64,000 nucleotides of DNA from Phoronis australis (Eukaryota; Animalia; Phoronida). Under the pieces are notes generated by a model. The model had not been told where the DNA came from. It saw only the letters and a program-made list of their open reading frames with translations, and did no database searches. Position numbers and translations under genes: made by a program. Numbering within the stretch: position 1 is the stretch's first letter; the number at the start of each line of letters is the position of its first letter. Shown here piece by piece: positions 52,301 through 64,000 of the stretch. The DNA lies in NCBI GenBank assembly GCA_002633005.1, contig NMRA01000111.1, positions 152,866 through 216,865 of the forward strand, read 5' to 3'.

Positions 52301-55300
52301 ATATGCTAATTGCTTTGTACCACACAACAGAGACTTAGATCAACTTTTGAGACATCAATGGCAGACGGCGACACCTGTTGATGTAGACAACCACTGACCT
52401 GCTCAGTTTCCTACCGTTAGAATGTTGGCAACCATGCAATTTCAGTACTCATTAAGATTCCTAGATACAGGCAACTGATGTCTAGAACTTTAAAAGATAG
52501 ACACTAATAATAATCAACACAAATGGTCAAAGTCTTATTTTCAACCAGTTCTGTTTATGCTTAAAGGTGTTGCCCTGAACTATCTATGACACACTACAGA
52601 ATCCACAACGATCATCACATTTAGCTAAAACTTACGGTATCTCCACAGTTCACAGCAGCCACACAGAAGGTCCTGTGGTTGAGTGTTGCCATGAATTACA
52701 TTGACTGACATATGAGTACAGAATCCACAGTGACCACAATTAGCCACACCTCACCTCCATAACTGACAGCAGCCAGACAGAAGGTCCTGTGGTTAAGTGT
52801 TGCCATGAATTACATTGACTGGCATATGAGTACAGAATCCACAGTGACCACAATTAGCTACACCTCACCTCCATAACTGACAGCAGCCACACAGAAGACA
52901 GGGCCTGTGATCAAGTGTAGGCAGTTCAAGAGCTTAGTCCACTTGTGTTTTGCTTCATTATAGTCAACAACGGGTATGGTGATTTTGAGGCAAAATAACA
53001 CAGGAGCCTAAAAAAATGTGAAAGCAAGTCTTTTGATATTACAGTTATGTTTGTGGTATCTCCAAGTATTTTGTCCCAAATTTGCCACTTTCACAATTAA
53101 AGAGCGGACTGTAGGCCCTATACCTAGCTGGCTGCAGGAACTGTTTTAGGAAAGCTGTCCAAACCAAGCTACTGAGGACAGAGTTTTGACAAAAAAATCA
53201 TTGAATTTCTTTAAACACATTGTGCATTAAACATGTGAAGTTTTAACACAATCTTCAATTTTAAACAAATCATGAGAACAAATTAAGAAAAAACAATTAC
53301 ATGAAAGTTGATTTAATTGCAGTGTCTTGAAACAAATTTGAGATGGTGAGCAGGCAAATAAGAATGACTTGCCAAACATGAGTAGGCATAATCCCTAAAA
53401 ACGTAAGGCCGAAATTTTGAGTTGGTAACATCATGAATTCTGTGGTACTACTTAATGGCAAGAAAAGCTATACAAAACCTTGAAAAGTTCATAAATTTTC
53501 CAATAGATCTTCATATCTGACCAACCGTCAGTATCAACCGGACACACTGACCAAAGAAACTCAACAAGAAGACCTTGACGGGAAGCAGCTGGACTGCCAG
53601 AATCAGTTGATCCCATCATCTTCAGCTGGTCATCTGCAATACATTTGCATTTTAGTTTTGATTGGTACCTCCTTCTGCTGTTATAAAGTGTGGTTGACGT
53701 ACAATTAACCGCTCACTTATGCCATTAAAAGATCCCATTAGATCTAACCACAAACGTGACTACTTAAATAACTGACTTCAGGTACTCGGGGTAACATACA
53801 TGAGTATGAATGTAACAACCAGACTATTTTCACAATCCATGACAGTTTTCTAGCAATGCTTTAAAGGCAAACAGTCTTTAAAATTGCCCGTGCTTTAACT
53901 GCTGATTATAGCTTTTAACATCTTCCAAATGAAGGGTTGGTCTTCAACTCAATTCAACATTTTTGGCTTAAAAGTTAAAAATCCGATCACCTTCATTTGT
54001 ACTCCTTTGAGGTTGAAACTCAGGAATTTGCTCCATGTCATGAGCAAGGACAGCTGACACAGAGACGCTCTCTGCTATGTGCGCTAAATCTGAAAAAATC
54101 ACAAAATGTCAACTCTCTGACTATGAAACCAATTGCAATTTCCAGTTGAAGAATAATTTTATGCCAACAGTACAATACAGTCCACTCAAATTAACAATCA
54201 ACTTGCACATGAATCTGCATTTCAATGACCTTTATGAAAACAGGTTTGCACCATCTGTGCATAATGGAGAGAAGTTAAATAACAAGGGCTGTACTCAAAG
54301 AAAATGCCTAAACACTTCTGGATGGACCACATATGTAAAACTCTTAGAAAAGTCAACCTTTAATAGATCGTTCTGGCACAGGTGTTATGGCCCGTGCAGA
54401 GGAGGTAGGGGACAGTAGTTCCTCCTCTTGAATACTTCCGTAGGATGGATTGTTCTCAGCATTGATTAAAGGTTTGTTGTCTTCGTCTTCACTGTCACTG
54501 ACAGGTATTGCTGTAAAGCAAACAATTCCATGATACTCAAATAAACAATGCATCACATCTATATGGCAAATGTGCAAAAGGTCTATTTTGTGAAAAATTC
54601 AAACTTGTAACAGTATGATATCAAAATCTGTAAACAACATGTTACCATAGCTGGACACAGCTGTTGTATGATCTGAACAGGCCACAGACTAAACTTAATA
54701 AGTACGATAACTTTGGTATCAAGGACTGAATTTCTAGATTGTTTAAAGTATTAGTAGTAAACTCATAATTTATTATATTTTTAAATCCTTCATGAACACT
54801 GTACAATTACGTTCTTTCTAAAAATTATGATTTTTCATGGAGATTTGAGGGTTTTCCACAAAACTGTTGTTGTGCAGAATCATCTGCCCATAGCCGTTCA
54901 CCCTCGTGCATAATAGGTTACAAGTCTCCCCAAGTGTCAGGACATTTGACATCTAATCAAATATAAAATACCCGCACTCGAGCATGAGAACTTGTTCCTG
55001 ATGTCATACGGGACACTGTCCCAACTAATGACAGACTCCCGATATATGAGTGTAAGTCAGGCACCTGGGTTTCTCACATATCACAGAGCCCACCTGTTGG
55101 TGATCTTTTTGGTGGATATGTAATGAGTTCATCAAAAATAATGTTAAGAGTTCTAACCGAACGGCATTTCAACACCTATTTTAACGATTTAATCATCATT
55201 ACGTACATTACGGTATGCTATATCACTGAAAATGAAAAAAATCAGAGGATGATCAAATTAGTTTGAGGCAGGTTGTCTAAAACATGTTATCTAGTATGAG

Positions 55301-58300
55301 ATTATAAAAATCATTGCAGGCTCATTGTAACGCAATTCCAATTTTGCCTCTACATCTTCTAACATTCATAGGATAAAATGCAACAGCGTCTGACCCAAAC
55401 TTTCAGTTTCACACAATGTTACAAACACAAATATTGCATAAAGTCAAATGCAGAAACAGAACTCATTCCAACTTACTAAGTTGCTGTGGAACTGACTCGC
55501 TAAAATTCTCTCGCATTAGATGTCGCTGTCGAATGACTCGTCCAATAATGACTATGAATACATAGCCAATATAGAGACATATAAATCCTATAACAAAAAA
55601 ATTAACAACGTTCTGAGTAAAAAGATGAATAACAAAATTAATATACAATTGAGAGCCGATCCATGCCCATTTCACTTTTGGTTACCAAATTGTATACTCT
55701 CCACCTTCTAAAAACAAGTCAACATCTAAATTGAAATTTTGTTAACAGTATTCAAATCTTGTTGAGCAGGTAATGTGTAAATCATGACATATATCAGTGA
55801 GACAAGTTTTTTCTAGAGCATGATTTTAAGATACATATTTCACTAGAGTCGCAAGGTAGCATGCTTTATATAATTTACAAATTCATCCAGTAATACTGCA
55901 GATAGCCCGTTTAACTCTATAATGAATCAATGACTCAAAAAAAGATTACCAAATCAGCTTCACAACAAGTTTCCAACAGCAAACTTCAACTTAAGCAAAT
56001 CAGGTCAGCGGTAGTGAATCATTGCATTCAAGAAATCAGTGAATCACACTAAAGCACAGTGTCAACATAATAAGCATAATTAAAGACACCAGATCTCCGT
56101 ATCAAAGAGCCAAAGCAGAAAATTCTGCAACAAAGATTTCAAAAAGTGGTGCTGCATAGGGTTTTAAGAAGTCATGCACAAACTACAAAAACATATCTGG
56201 GATTTGTTTTAACAAAAAGTTTTTTGCCAAAGAAATTGGTTTAGACTTTTGTTTTTATCAAGAAATGTTGAGGCCTTCATATTTGACAGAGGAGTTCCCA
56301 TGCTAAAAGGCCTTAAAAGAATACCTCTGAAACGGCGCTGTAGCTTATAGCACATTAAACCATAATTTGAAAGCTTAATGTGAAAAAATTCAAGCCTGAG
56401 TAAGCAATCTTGGTGAAAAATGGTGGTTTTAATTTTTAGATCTATTGATTGTGCTCACCAACAGCCTCGCCTGTGTACATTACACCATCATATAATACAT
56501 AGAACGTCCAAAAGACAGCTCCTAAATAGAAGATAATGTCACGCAGAAACGGCCTCTCCATGGCTGTGAATGGTCTTGTGACAGATATAGCCCCAACCAC
56601 CACAGTTGTAACAAAGATACCAGCTCCTGAAAATATGCAGTTATGACAATATAATTTGCACAATAACCATGAAGTAGAAGGAACAATTGACTTACAAGAA
56701 ATGAACATTAATGTCACACTATTCACAAAAAATCGCACATTATCGTATTAATCTTCTAACTTTAATTAATGCTAAAGGCACTGTGAATATTTTTACAACT
56801 TGCCAGCGAAGTGACATTTATGAAATTAGAAAAGAAATATTCTAGCACCCAACAGCATCGAGTCATCATCGAATGTTCAGTCTTCAAGTAAATTCAAATG
56901 TAATCTCAAAAGTACCACAACATTCGTCGATAATTTGCTCACATTCATAAATACACTGAAATGCCGGTTGTAAGACATAACTGCTCCCAAGAGATACAAT
57001 ATATTTCTCATTAATCACTGAAATGTCATAACATATACTACGGAAAAGACTAATGGGGTAAACCCTGAGCTCAGTTCAGACTAGTTAAACATATCACATC
57101 TAAGCTATCCTAGTTGAACCAATAGTCTGATATAACATGCCCGCATTTTGAGAACCAGTTCATGCCCGTTATTCAGTGGAGAAAACTAGTTCTCAAAATT
57201 CGGGCACGTTATGTCAGACCATAACCCCATTTTAGATTAAGGTTATGCAAGACTCCAGCAAAAATATCCAAATTTGGCTTATTTAGGGACCCAAAATGTC
57301 AAAAATGGCTTAGTGATCGGATCCATTTGAAAATTTCACATACCATGCTTGATGCATTGTTCTCCATAACACATCAAGCATTTTTCAGAGATTTTATCTT
57401 GAACATTTTATATCAAATGAAATTTAACCATGTTCTTGATGAATAATTTCCTTTTCGCTAAATTTTACTAAACACATGGTCACTTGACCCAATTGTTGTA
57501 AGATTGGTATAAAGTCAAAAATCGTATCTACAGAATGCATACATACATACATACATATAAATATACAAATACATATACATATATAATCTATGGTTTTAAT
57601 GCCAATTGACTTAAGGATACTGACTTGTCCAAAAGGTTGATTGGTAACTTATACGAATGAGTGAAGGGTGGGTCGAATCACGCTTTACGTAATGTAAAAT
57701 TATCGGTCTCCCAATGTGTGAATGCATATTTTTTAAGTTTCACAATCCACCCCGTCACCATTAATTTTCCACAATGTCGCCCAGATGCCACCGATTCTTC
57801 ACAGTTTGCCACCAATACACCCAGATCTTAGTAACATAACCTCTATTATCCTTCACATTCATGGATTTGGAATAACTTCAAGATTCATGGCAGTCTAAAT
57901 ACAGAAAAGCACACTCATAGTAACCATCACAACACACTTGTAGTTCACAGAAAAAAATGCTAGTTTCATGTTCTGGCATGACAAAAATGATGTTTTCTCT
58001 CGAGTCAGAAATAAGCTTTCACTGCCCATCTTATGTGGTCAGGAGGCTTGTTTATTTTCTTAAATGATGCAGGCCGACCACACTCCCGAAAGCATCATAT
58101 CACCCGCATTCTTTTGAACAAAATAAACAAAAAGTTACCAAAAAGAGCCCCAATGGCCAGTCCTGCATCGTCGTTCTTAGCACTGCCAATAGCAGCAATG
58201 GCCGAGAAGATGTCTGGCGCTCCATTACCAAATGCCAGGAACGTAACACCTTGAGTAGCGTTAAGGACAAACATCATAGAAACACATAAAACATTCATAT

Positions 58301-61300
58301 GACACACCTTCTTTAACAATTTAGGCCAATTAACATTGTGGAATTGGTCTTATAGTGTTTGTTATACGGTTATACAAATTGGAGTTGAGTTCTGGGCTTG
58401 GAAGGAAGTGAAGAGTATGTCATAGCTGGAGACTAAGCCTCCACAAACTGGCCTATCATGGTGAGACTAGGGGCCTGTTTCAACAAAACTGACTTAGCTG
58501 AGACAAATCTTATACTATAGTAAATTGTGAGATAAAACTTAAATTAGTCTCCAGACCATTTCCAGAAAGAGATCTTGAGTTTAACTTAAGTTTTTGATAA
58601 AAGTTTTATCTTAATTTTAACAATCTTACCGGATGTGGAAGTTTCAAAGTTTGGTAGTTGAGACAAATCTTGGACTTAAATCAAAAATGAACTTAAGTCA
58701 AGTTTCTTGGAACGGGCCCTGAGCCTCTACAAACTGGCCTATGATGGTGAATCATTTAATGTGCAGAGAATGATCTCAAGCAATAATAAATTAACAGACA
58801 GTTTTAGCCCAGAAACCACTTCTCATGTGAGTCAACTTAAGAATATGGTCAGTTTCATAACTGTAGTTAATCGTCTAAATCAAAAGTGAGTTCCTTTGAA
58901 CTTGTGTTCAGTCCAAGAAGTATGTTCCTTGAACTGGTGTTCAGTCCAAGAAGCAAACGTTAGATTGCCACCACTTACTGCTATAAAATTGACCTCAACC
59001 TGGTCATTACTTAGATGAGAAGTCATTTCTAGGTTTGCAAGCAACTGACAGTTCTTTATTCCTCAAAACTATGCTCATTACCCTACAAACTAAATGACAC
59101 GATGCAACAAGCCAACCTGTAGGGGCAGGTATCAAACAATAATGTGGCGACAATTCATGAAATCCAATTTGACAAAGTCACAATTTGAGACCTATTTCAA
59201 AACTGTATGTGGTCAAAATCAAAAGTAAGTACTCCCAAATGATACAATATATTTCTCATTAATCACTGAAATGTCACAACATATACTACGGAAAATGCTA
59301 AGAAGAGGTTAACCCTGAGCTCAGTTCAGACTAGTTAAAACATATCACATCTAAGCTATCCTAGTTGGACCAGGTTATGCAAGACTCTATAGCAAAAATA
59401 TCCAAATTTGGCTTATTTAGGGACCCAAAATCTCAAAAATGCCTCCATGATGAGATTCAAATGAAACTTTCAACAACTAGACTTGATGTATTGTTCTCCA
59501 AAACACATCAAACATTTTTTGAGAATTTATCTTGAACATTTATATCATACAGAATTTAATCAGTCTTGACAATGTGGTGTTCCTATGAAAGTACCTAGTT
59601 AATTTCCTTTTCCAAAATCAAAAGTAGAAGTCTTTGTGACAGAAGCCGGGTTTATGTGAATTTTTGAGAAAAAAATCAATCAACCAGGAGAAAAGGATAT
59701 TGCAATATTGTGACTCAGCTTGAGAGTTTTCGATATAACTTCAAGTGCAGGACAAAAACTGAAACAAGAAATTTAACATACGTAACAGAATCACATTAAC
59801 AATCTATCATAAAAGCTGTGGAGAGTTATGCAAGACACTGCGCAGCAGTTTCTGAACTCAGATTAACAATGACCTTCATTTATCAATTATCTGACATTTA
59901 CACTGATCAACATCTTTAAACACAACTCACAAATCATCAGCAGTTGTTGCAAGACCAATGAAAAGAAACAGCCACCACAGAAACTGAAAGAAAACAAAGT
60001 TACTTTCAGTTTAGTGTTATCAACAATATGCATAACCAAGGAACATTATCAATATTATCATCACGCAACCATAAAATTAAATGCAGTTACACTAATTCAA
60101 TTTTAGCTATGACTTTTTGCAAATGTTAAATACTCATACAATGTTATCATCAAATATATTGTTTTCTGCCCACAATACAATTCTTCGGAATATCCATGGA
60201 CCAGTAAAGTTCATAGTTCAATTAGTTCCACATAAGGCTGGAATTGTTGCTGAAAGCATTGATATAGTGTAGTTGGATATTGGCAATTTTTAACTAATTG
60301 CTCTGACCTATATCGCAATAGATGGAAACAACTATAAGCCTTCCTTCTATCACAAAACAATTTTTGTTTAGGCCACTTACCTTTATGAAATTAGTTTCAA
60401 ATTGTTTTTTATGGCCAAATTGGAAGTGAAACTTGGTTATTGTTCTAAACCAGCTAACTACACAATTGAATCATTAACACATCACTTCATACGCTAGGCA
60501 TGATCTCAAGGGAAACGGAACAGTCAGTTCTTTGCAAACCCAGAGACCACTTCCCATCTGGTTAAGAAGAAGTGAAGACCAATATTAGAACAGTAATTGG
60601 ATCAAATCAAAAGTTCGCTTCTCTGTAGGAGTGAACACTGGATTACAGCTACTCTGATACATTAAACTAAGTGGTAAGACTTACAAACAAGAACACTCCT
60701 GCTGGAACTAATGATGTCATCTGGCAATAAATAACAACCATGTAGTTGATGAAGCCTTGATCAATTTGACAACTGTCAGTTGAGTTGACAAATAGGCAAA
60801 TCTCTTCATTAGTAATATTGCTGATCTCATGATAATACTTGCACTGAAATTAGAAAAGTGACAATATCATCATAGGCAAGCAGGAAATCACGAGTACAGC
60901 TGTATCATATTTTAAAATGCACAAGATGCTAATAAGTAAAACAGAAAATGAGATTAATTGATGGATATGGATCAAGTAATTGGCAACAAGTACCACACAC
61001 TTTTTTCAGCGTCTTTTCATAAAAGTGCAGTCTGTGAATGGTTAGGTCAGTCATTCAACTGTGCTCTAGCAGAGTCTTCAATCTAGCTAGTTTAAGGTAC
61101 TTAATGGCTGCAGATTGACTCAAATCATGACCTCAAAGATCAAGTTCCTGGGACACTTTATCAGGTGCTCAGATGGGATAATGGCTGACCCAGAAAAGAC
61201 GCAAGCAGTAAGAGATTTCCCTGTGCCCACAAATGTGACTGAGCTCCAAAGATTTAATGGCATGGTGAACCAGATGGCAAAAGTCCTACCTAATCTGGCA

Positions 61301-64000
61301 AAGCTGAATGAACCCCTGAGACAACTCTTGAGGAAAGACCAAGCCTTCCAATGGGACGAACCTCAACAGAGATCCTTTCAACAAGTAAAAGAAGCACTTG
61401 TCTCAACAGTCACACTGGCCCACTACGACCCTAGTCGTGAGACCATAGTAGCAGCTGAAGCAAGCCAGTACGGCATTGGTGCTGTATTGCTCCAAATTGA
61501 TTCTGGTGGTAACAGAAGACCAGTATGCTTTGCGTCCAGATCACTTAACGACACGGAGAAACGTTATGCAGTGATAGAAAAGGAAGCACTAGCAGCTACC
61601 TGGGCTTGCGAGAAGTTCTCAACCTTCATTCTTGGACTCAAGTTTACCCTGGAGACCGACCATAAACCACTAGTGCCTCTACTGTCAACAGACTTGTCTA
61701 AGATGCCACCTCGAGTGCTACGTTTCCGTCTCCGTTTGATGAAATTCAGCCCCACGATAAACCACGTTCCAGGAAAGAACCATCTGATTGCAGATGCCTT
61801 GTCCTGAGCTCCGGTTGACAAACCTTCAGTTCCTGATGAGATATTCCTAGACGAAGTTGAAGATCAAGCTGAGTATACAGTCAAATACTTGCCTACAACA
61901 CAAGGTCGTCTGAATCAGATCCAAGAAGCACAACGTAGCGATGCAACATGTGGTGAAGTCATCAATGCAGTTGGAGGTGCTAAACCAAATCCACCAAGGT
62001 CATCTAGGGATAACGAAGTGCCGAGCAAGAGCCATGGAATCTGTTTGGTGGCCACTCATCAGTACACAGACCTAACTGACTACACTAACCTGCGCTCTTC
62101 CCAGACCAGAGACAAAGGAGCCCTTGTTGCCTTCATCTTTTCCTTACCGACCCTGGGAACGAATTGGAACCGACTTGTTCGAACTGAACAAACAACACTA
62201 CGTCCTTGTGGTAGACTACTTCTCCAGATGGATTGAAGTTCGAAGACTTAGCCAGTCAAATGCGCAACACACGATTGAAGCACTCAAGTCAATATTCAGT
62301 GCACATGGAATACCAGACATTGTTATATCCGACAATGGCCCCCAGTATGCTTGTGAAAGCTTTGACATGTTTGCCAAAGACTACGGCTTCGTTCATGTGA
62401 CATCCTCACCTCTCTACCATCAGTGCAACGGAGAAGCCGAGCGCGCAGTCCAAACTGCGAAGAACATATTGAAAAAGAAGACTGATCCTCACCTAGGTTT
62501 CCTGGCATACAGATCGATGCCCATTCACAATGGAAAGTCTCCGAGTCAACAACTCATGTCCAGACAGCTCCGAACAACTTTGCCGATAATGCCTAAAGCA
62601 CTTCTTCACAATTCCATCGATGATCAGTCCGTAAGAGCGAAAGAAACTCGGCTTAACTCAAAGAACAAAGCAAACTTCGACCACAGACACCGAACTATGT
62701 CCCTACCAGTATTAGGTGTTAGAGACCAAGTCTGGGTACGAGATCAAGACAAACACGGCGAAGTGAAAGAGAGTTCGACAAACCTGAGATCCTACCTTGT
62801 CGTCACAGAGTCCGGTGCTACAATTAGCTGTAACCGGTCAGCGTTGATTCATACCGGAAATATGAATAGTGCCTCGCCAGAGAAGTTTACACCAAAGGAG
62901 ACGACCCCCAAACCATCTTCAAACCCGGCATCAACCCCACCTACCGTAGACACCCTACACACCCAACAACTATGAAGTTCTCAACGGGTTATAAAACCAG
63001 TTGATCGCCTGAACCTCTGAACATTTGATTAATTTTCAGCGCTTAGTGATAAGGACATTAACATAGTTCAAAGACATTTATTACTTAAAGTGTTTACACT
63101 ATATTCTTAAACTATCTTGGAGTTGCTCTTTAGCGTTAGAGATAAATATATTGAGTGCCGGTTCCATCAGCGTTGTTGTTCCTACACTACACAACCAAAC
63201 AAGTTGGACTCAATGGGAGAACGCCGTAATGATTTGGTTTTAGGAAGTCTTTGAACCAAAGAGAGGTGGAAAATTAAATTGGCCTAAGAGCCTTGATGCA
63301 AAATAGACAGTGCCACTGTCTCTACTTAATGCTTGCAGTAAAGACAGTGGCCATCTCATAGGGCCTTCATATGCCGAAAGCGTTTCACTTAATTATGCCT
63401 CACACTGATAAACTATCAAAGTCACATTGTTATAAGTACCAGACTAGTAAAATGCTTGCGATATTGGTATCTTTTGCAAATAGAGGGACACTGACCTTAG
63501 GAGGTCAGGTGATATGACATATCCCCGGGCATGAGCAGTGTAAAATTATCCAGTTGCTGATTTGGGCAACTGAATAAAGGACTGCTCAAAATAGGTTGAT
63601 TATGCGAGTATTTGTTCGAGTTGGAATGGAAGGAATTAAAGACATTGACAGCCTCCTAAGATGACCTTCTATGTGCAAAAGGTACTTACAGCAATGTGAC
63701 TTTGATGATTTAATCAGTGTGAGGCATAATTCACCGAAAAGCTTCCTCGGATGAAGACCCTATGGGATGCTCACAGTCTCTAGACTGTACTTTGCTTAGA
63801 CTTAGTGTTGCTATGATTGAGTTGTCTAGTAGTAGTAGTAGTTAGTAACAAGTGTACAAGAACGAGCTAGTGTAACACTTACATCTACATCGTCAGGATA
63901 ATCTCCGATGAACGAAGAATTACCCAACGACAGCAAACGCCTTCCGTTTGACATAATAGCATTCGTGCTAAGAATACCCATGTGGCCATCGCGGGAACTT
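46349..64000 (-). CDS. SLC8B1: Mitochondrial sodium/calcium(lithium) exchanger NCLX (CCX family), 16 exons visible, start upstream of or at the window edge
   Basis: In-phase exons (-): 63883-64000, 60685-60843, 59931-59983, 59701-59758, 58139-58250, 56459-56626, 55477-55587, 54358-54510, 53479-53633, 52869-53007, 49758-49873, 49311-49388, 48932-49007, 48578-48658, 47291-47355, 46349-46552. Contains CCX alpha-1 [15 protein letters not shown] and alpha-2 [13 protein letters not shown]...ACFGGPLFN motifs, and [10 protein letters not shown]. Confidence 0.93.
47356..48577 (-). other. U12-type GT-AG intron in NCLX
   Basis: 5' site GTATCCTTT at 48577; branch-site-like TTTCTTTAAT at 47377-47368, just upstream of the AG; splits GGPLF-N-LLLGIG in phase 1. 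Confidence 0.8.
47434..48160. mobile_element. Non-autonomous element with 5' foldback and subterminal inverted repeat (possibly Crypton-like)
   Basis: ~130-bp hairpin ATAGATTATTACATG...CATGTAATAATCTAT (47436-47565), followed by TATACCACAT whose inverse ATGTGGTATA lies at 48151-48160. Confidence 0.45.
50481..51583 (-). mobile_element. HINE/DINE-1-like element, copy 3
   Basis: Reverse complement of the same family: 5' module at ~51400-51583, GCCACTAGG central repeats, 3' subTIR and hairpin at ~50481-50515. Confidence 0.75.
52059..52298 (+). mobile_element. tRNA-derived SINE
   Basis: A-box-like GTGGCCTGGTTG and B-box GGTTCGAGTCCC, T-rich tail, exact 14-bp TSD TAATATGCTAATTG (52045-58, 52299-312). 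Confidence 0.8.
52595..52896 (-). repeat. 114-bp tandem duplication of an NCLX exon end plus splice donor
   Basis: GCTGCTGTCAGTTATGGAG|GTGAGG recurs at 52868 and 52754, with a third degenerate copy at ~52635-52670. Confidence 0.8.
57123..57222. mobile_element. ~100-bp palindromic mini-MITE
   Basis: GTCTGATATAACATGCCCGCATTTTGAGAAC / GTTCTCAAAATTCGGGCACGTTATGTCAGAC; absent from the paralogous site at ~59371. Confidence 0.65.
58251..59700 (-). other. U12-type (minor spliceosome) intron with AT-AA termini in NCLX
   Basis: 5' site ATATCCTTT at 59700, branch site TCCTTAAC at 58267-58260, 3' end ...GCTACTCAA|GGT GTT ACG. Only this junction preserves SHNIA|[10 protein letters not shown]. Confidence 0.85.
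58471..58719. mobile_element. Harbinger-like MITE
   Basis: GGGCCTGTTTCAACAAAACTGACTTA / TAAGTCAAGTTTCTTGGAACGGGCCC; it interrupts the second unit of a local ~33-bp duplication. Confidence 0.6.
61115..63020 (+). mobile_element. Decayed Ty3/Gypsy LTR retrotransposon pol fragment (RT C-terminus, RNase H, integrase) in an NCLX intron
   Basis: [38 protein letters not shown] (in-frame TGA), [42 protein letters not shown]. Has frameshifts and deletions; no gag and no LTR pair seen. Confidence 0.92.
63341..63780. mobile_element. Long-TIR MITE, TA-flanked
   Basis: ~160-bp imperfect inverted arms (AGACAGTG..CATAGGG..TTATGCCTCACACTGAT / ATCAGTGTGAGGCATAA..CCCTATG..CACAGTCTC), with TA on both sides. 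Confidence 0.6.

Noticed and set aside
58250-58251. Canonical AG acceptor for the NCLX alpha-1 exon
   Set aside because: With the upstream exon ending in phase 0 at ATATCCTTT, using this AG removes one coding base and destroys the [10 protein letters not shown] frame.
61115-62975. Active or domesticated Gypsy gene
   Set aside because: In-frame stop at 61805-61807, frameshifts, internal deletions, and no gag or RT catalytic core.

Overview
AT-rich, repeat-dense genomic DNA from an invertebrate animal (species not determinable from sequence). It is eukaryotic, so most short ORFs in the track are spurious. By splice-phase tracing I reconstructed four host genes: (1) a 5'-incomplete, 9-exon + strand gene of unknown identity (3716-25918); (2) an intact intronless casein kinase I alpha (30945-31928); (3) a 5-exon CXorf65/C22orf15-like gene (36310-40546); (4) a 16-exon, 5'-incomplete - strand NCLX/SLC8B1 Na+/Ca2+ exchanger (46349->64000). 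NCLX carries two minor-spliceosome (U12) introns, one of which keeps frame only with rare AT-AA termini. Introns are packed with DNA transposon derivatives: two Kolobok-type TTAA elements with THAP remnants (one with a convergent Cys-rich ORF resembling the P2X7 ballast domain), a four-layer nested stack whose removal restores a THAP ORF, Helentron-associated (HINE/DINE-1-like) elements with internal higher-order repeats, Harbinger and hAT-like MITEs, a tRNA-derived SINE and a decayed Gypsy pol. No database searches were run. Family assignments are from recognised motifs and termini, and coordinates were counted by hand.
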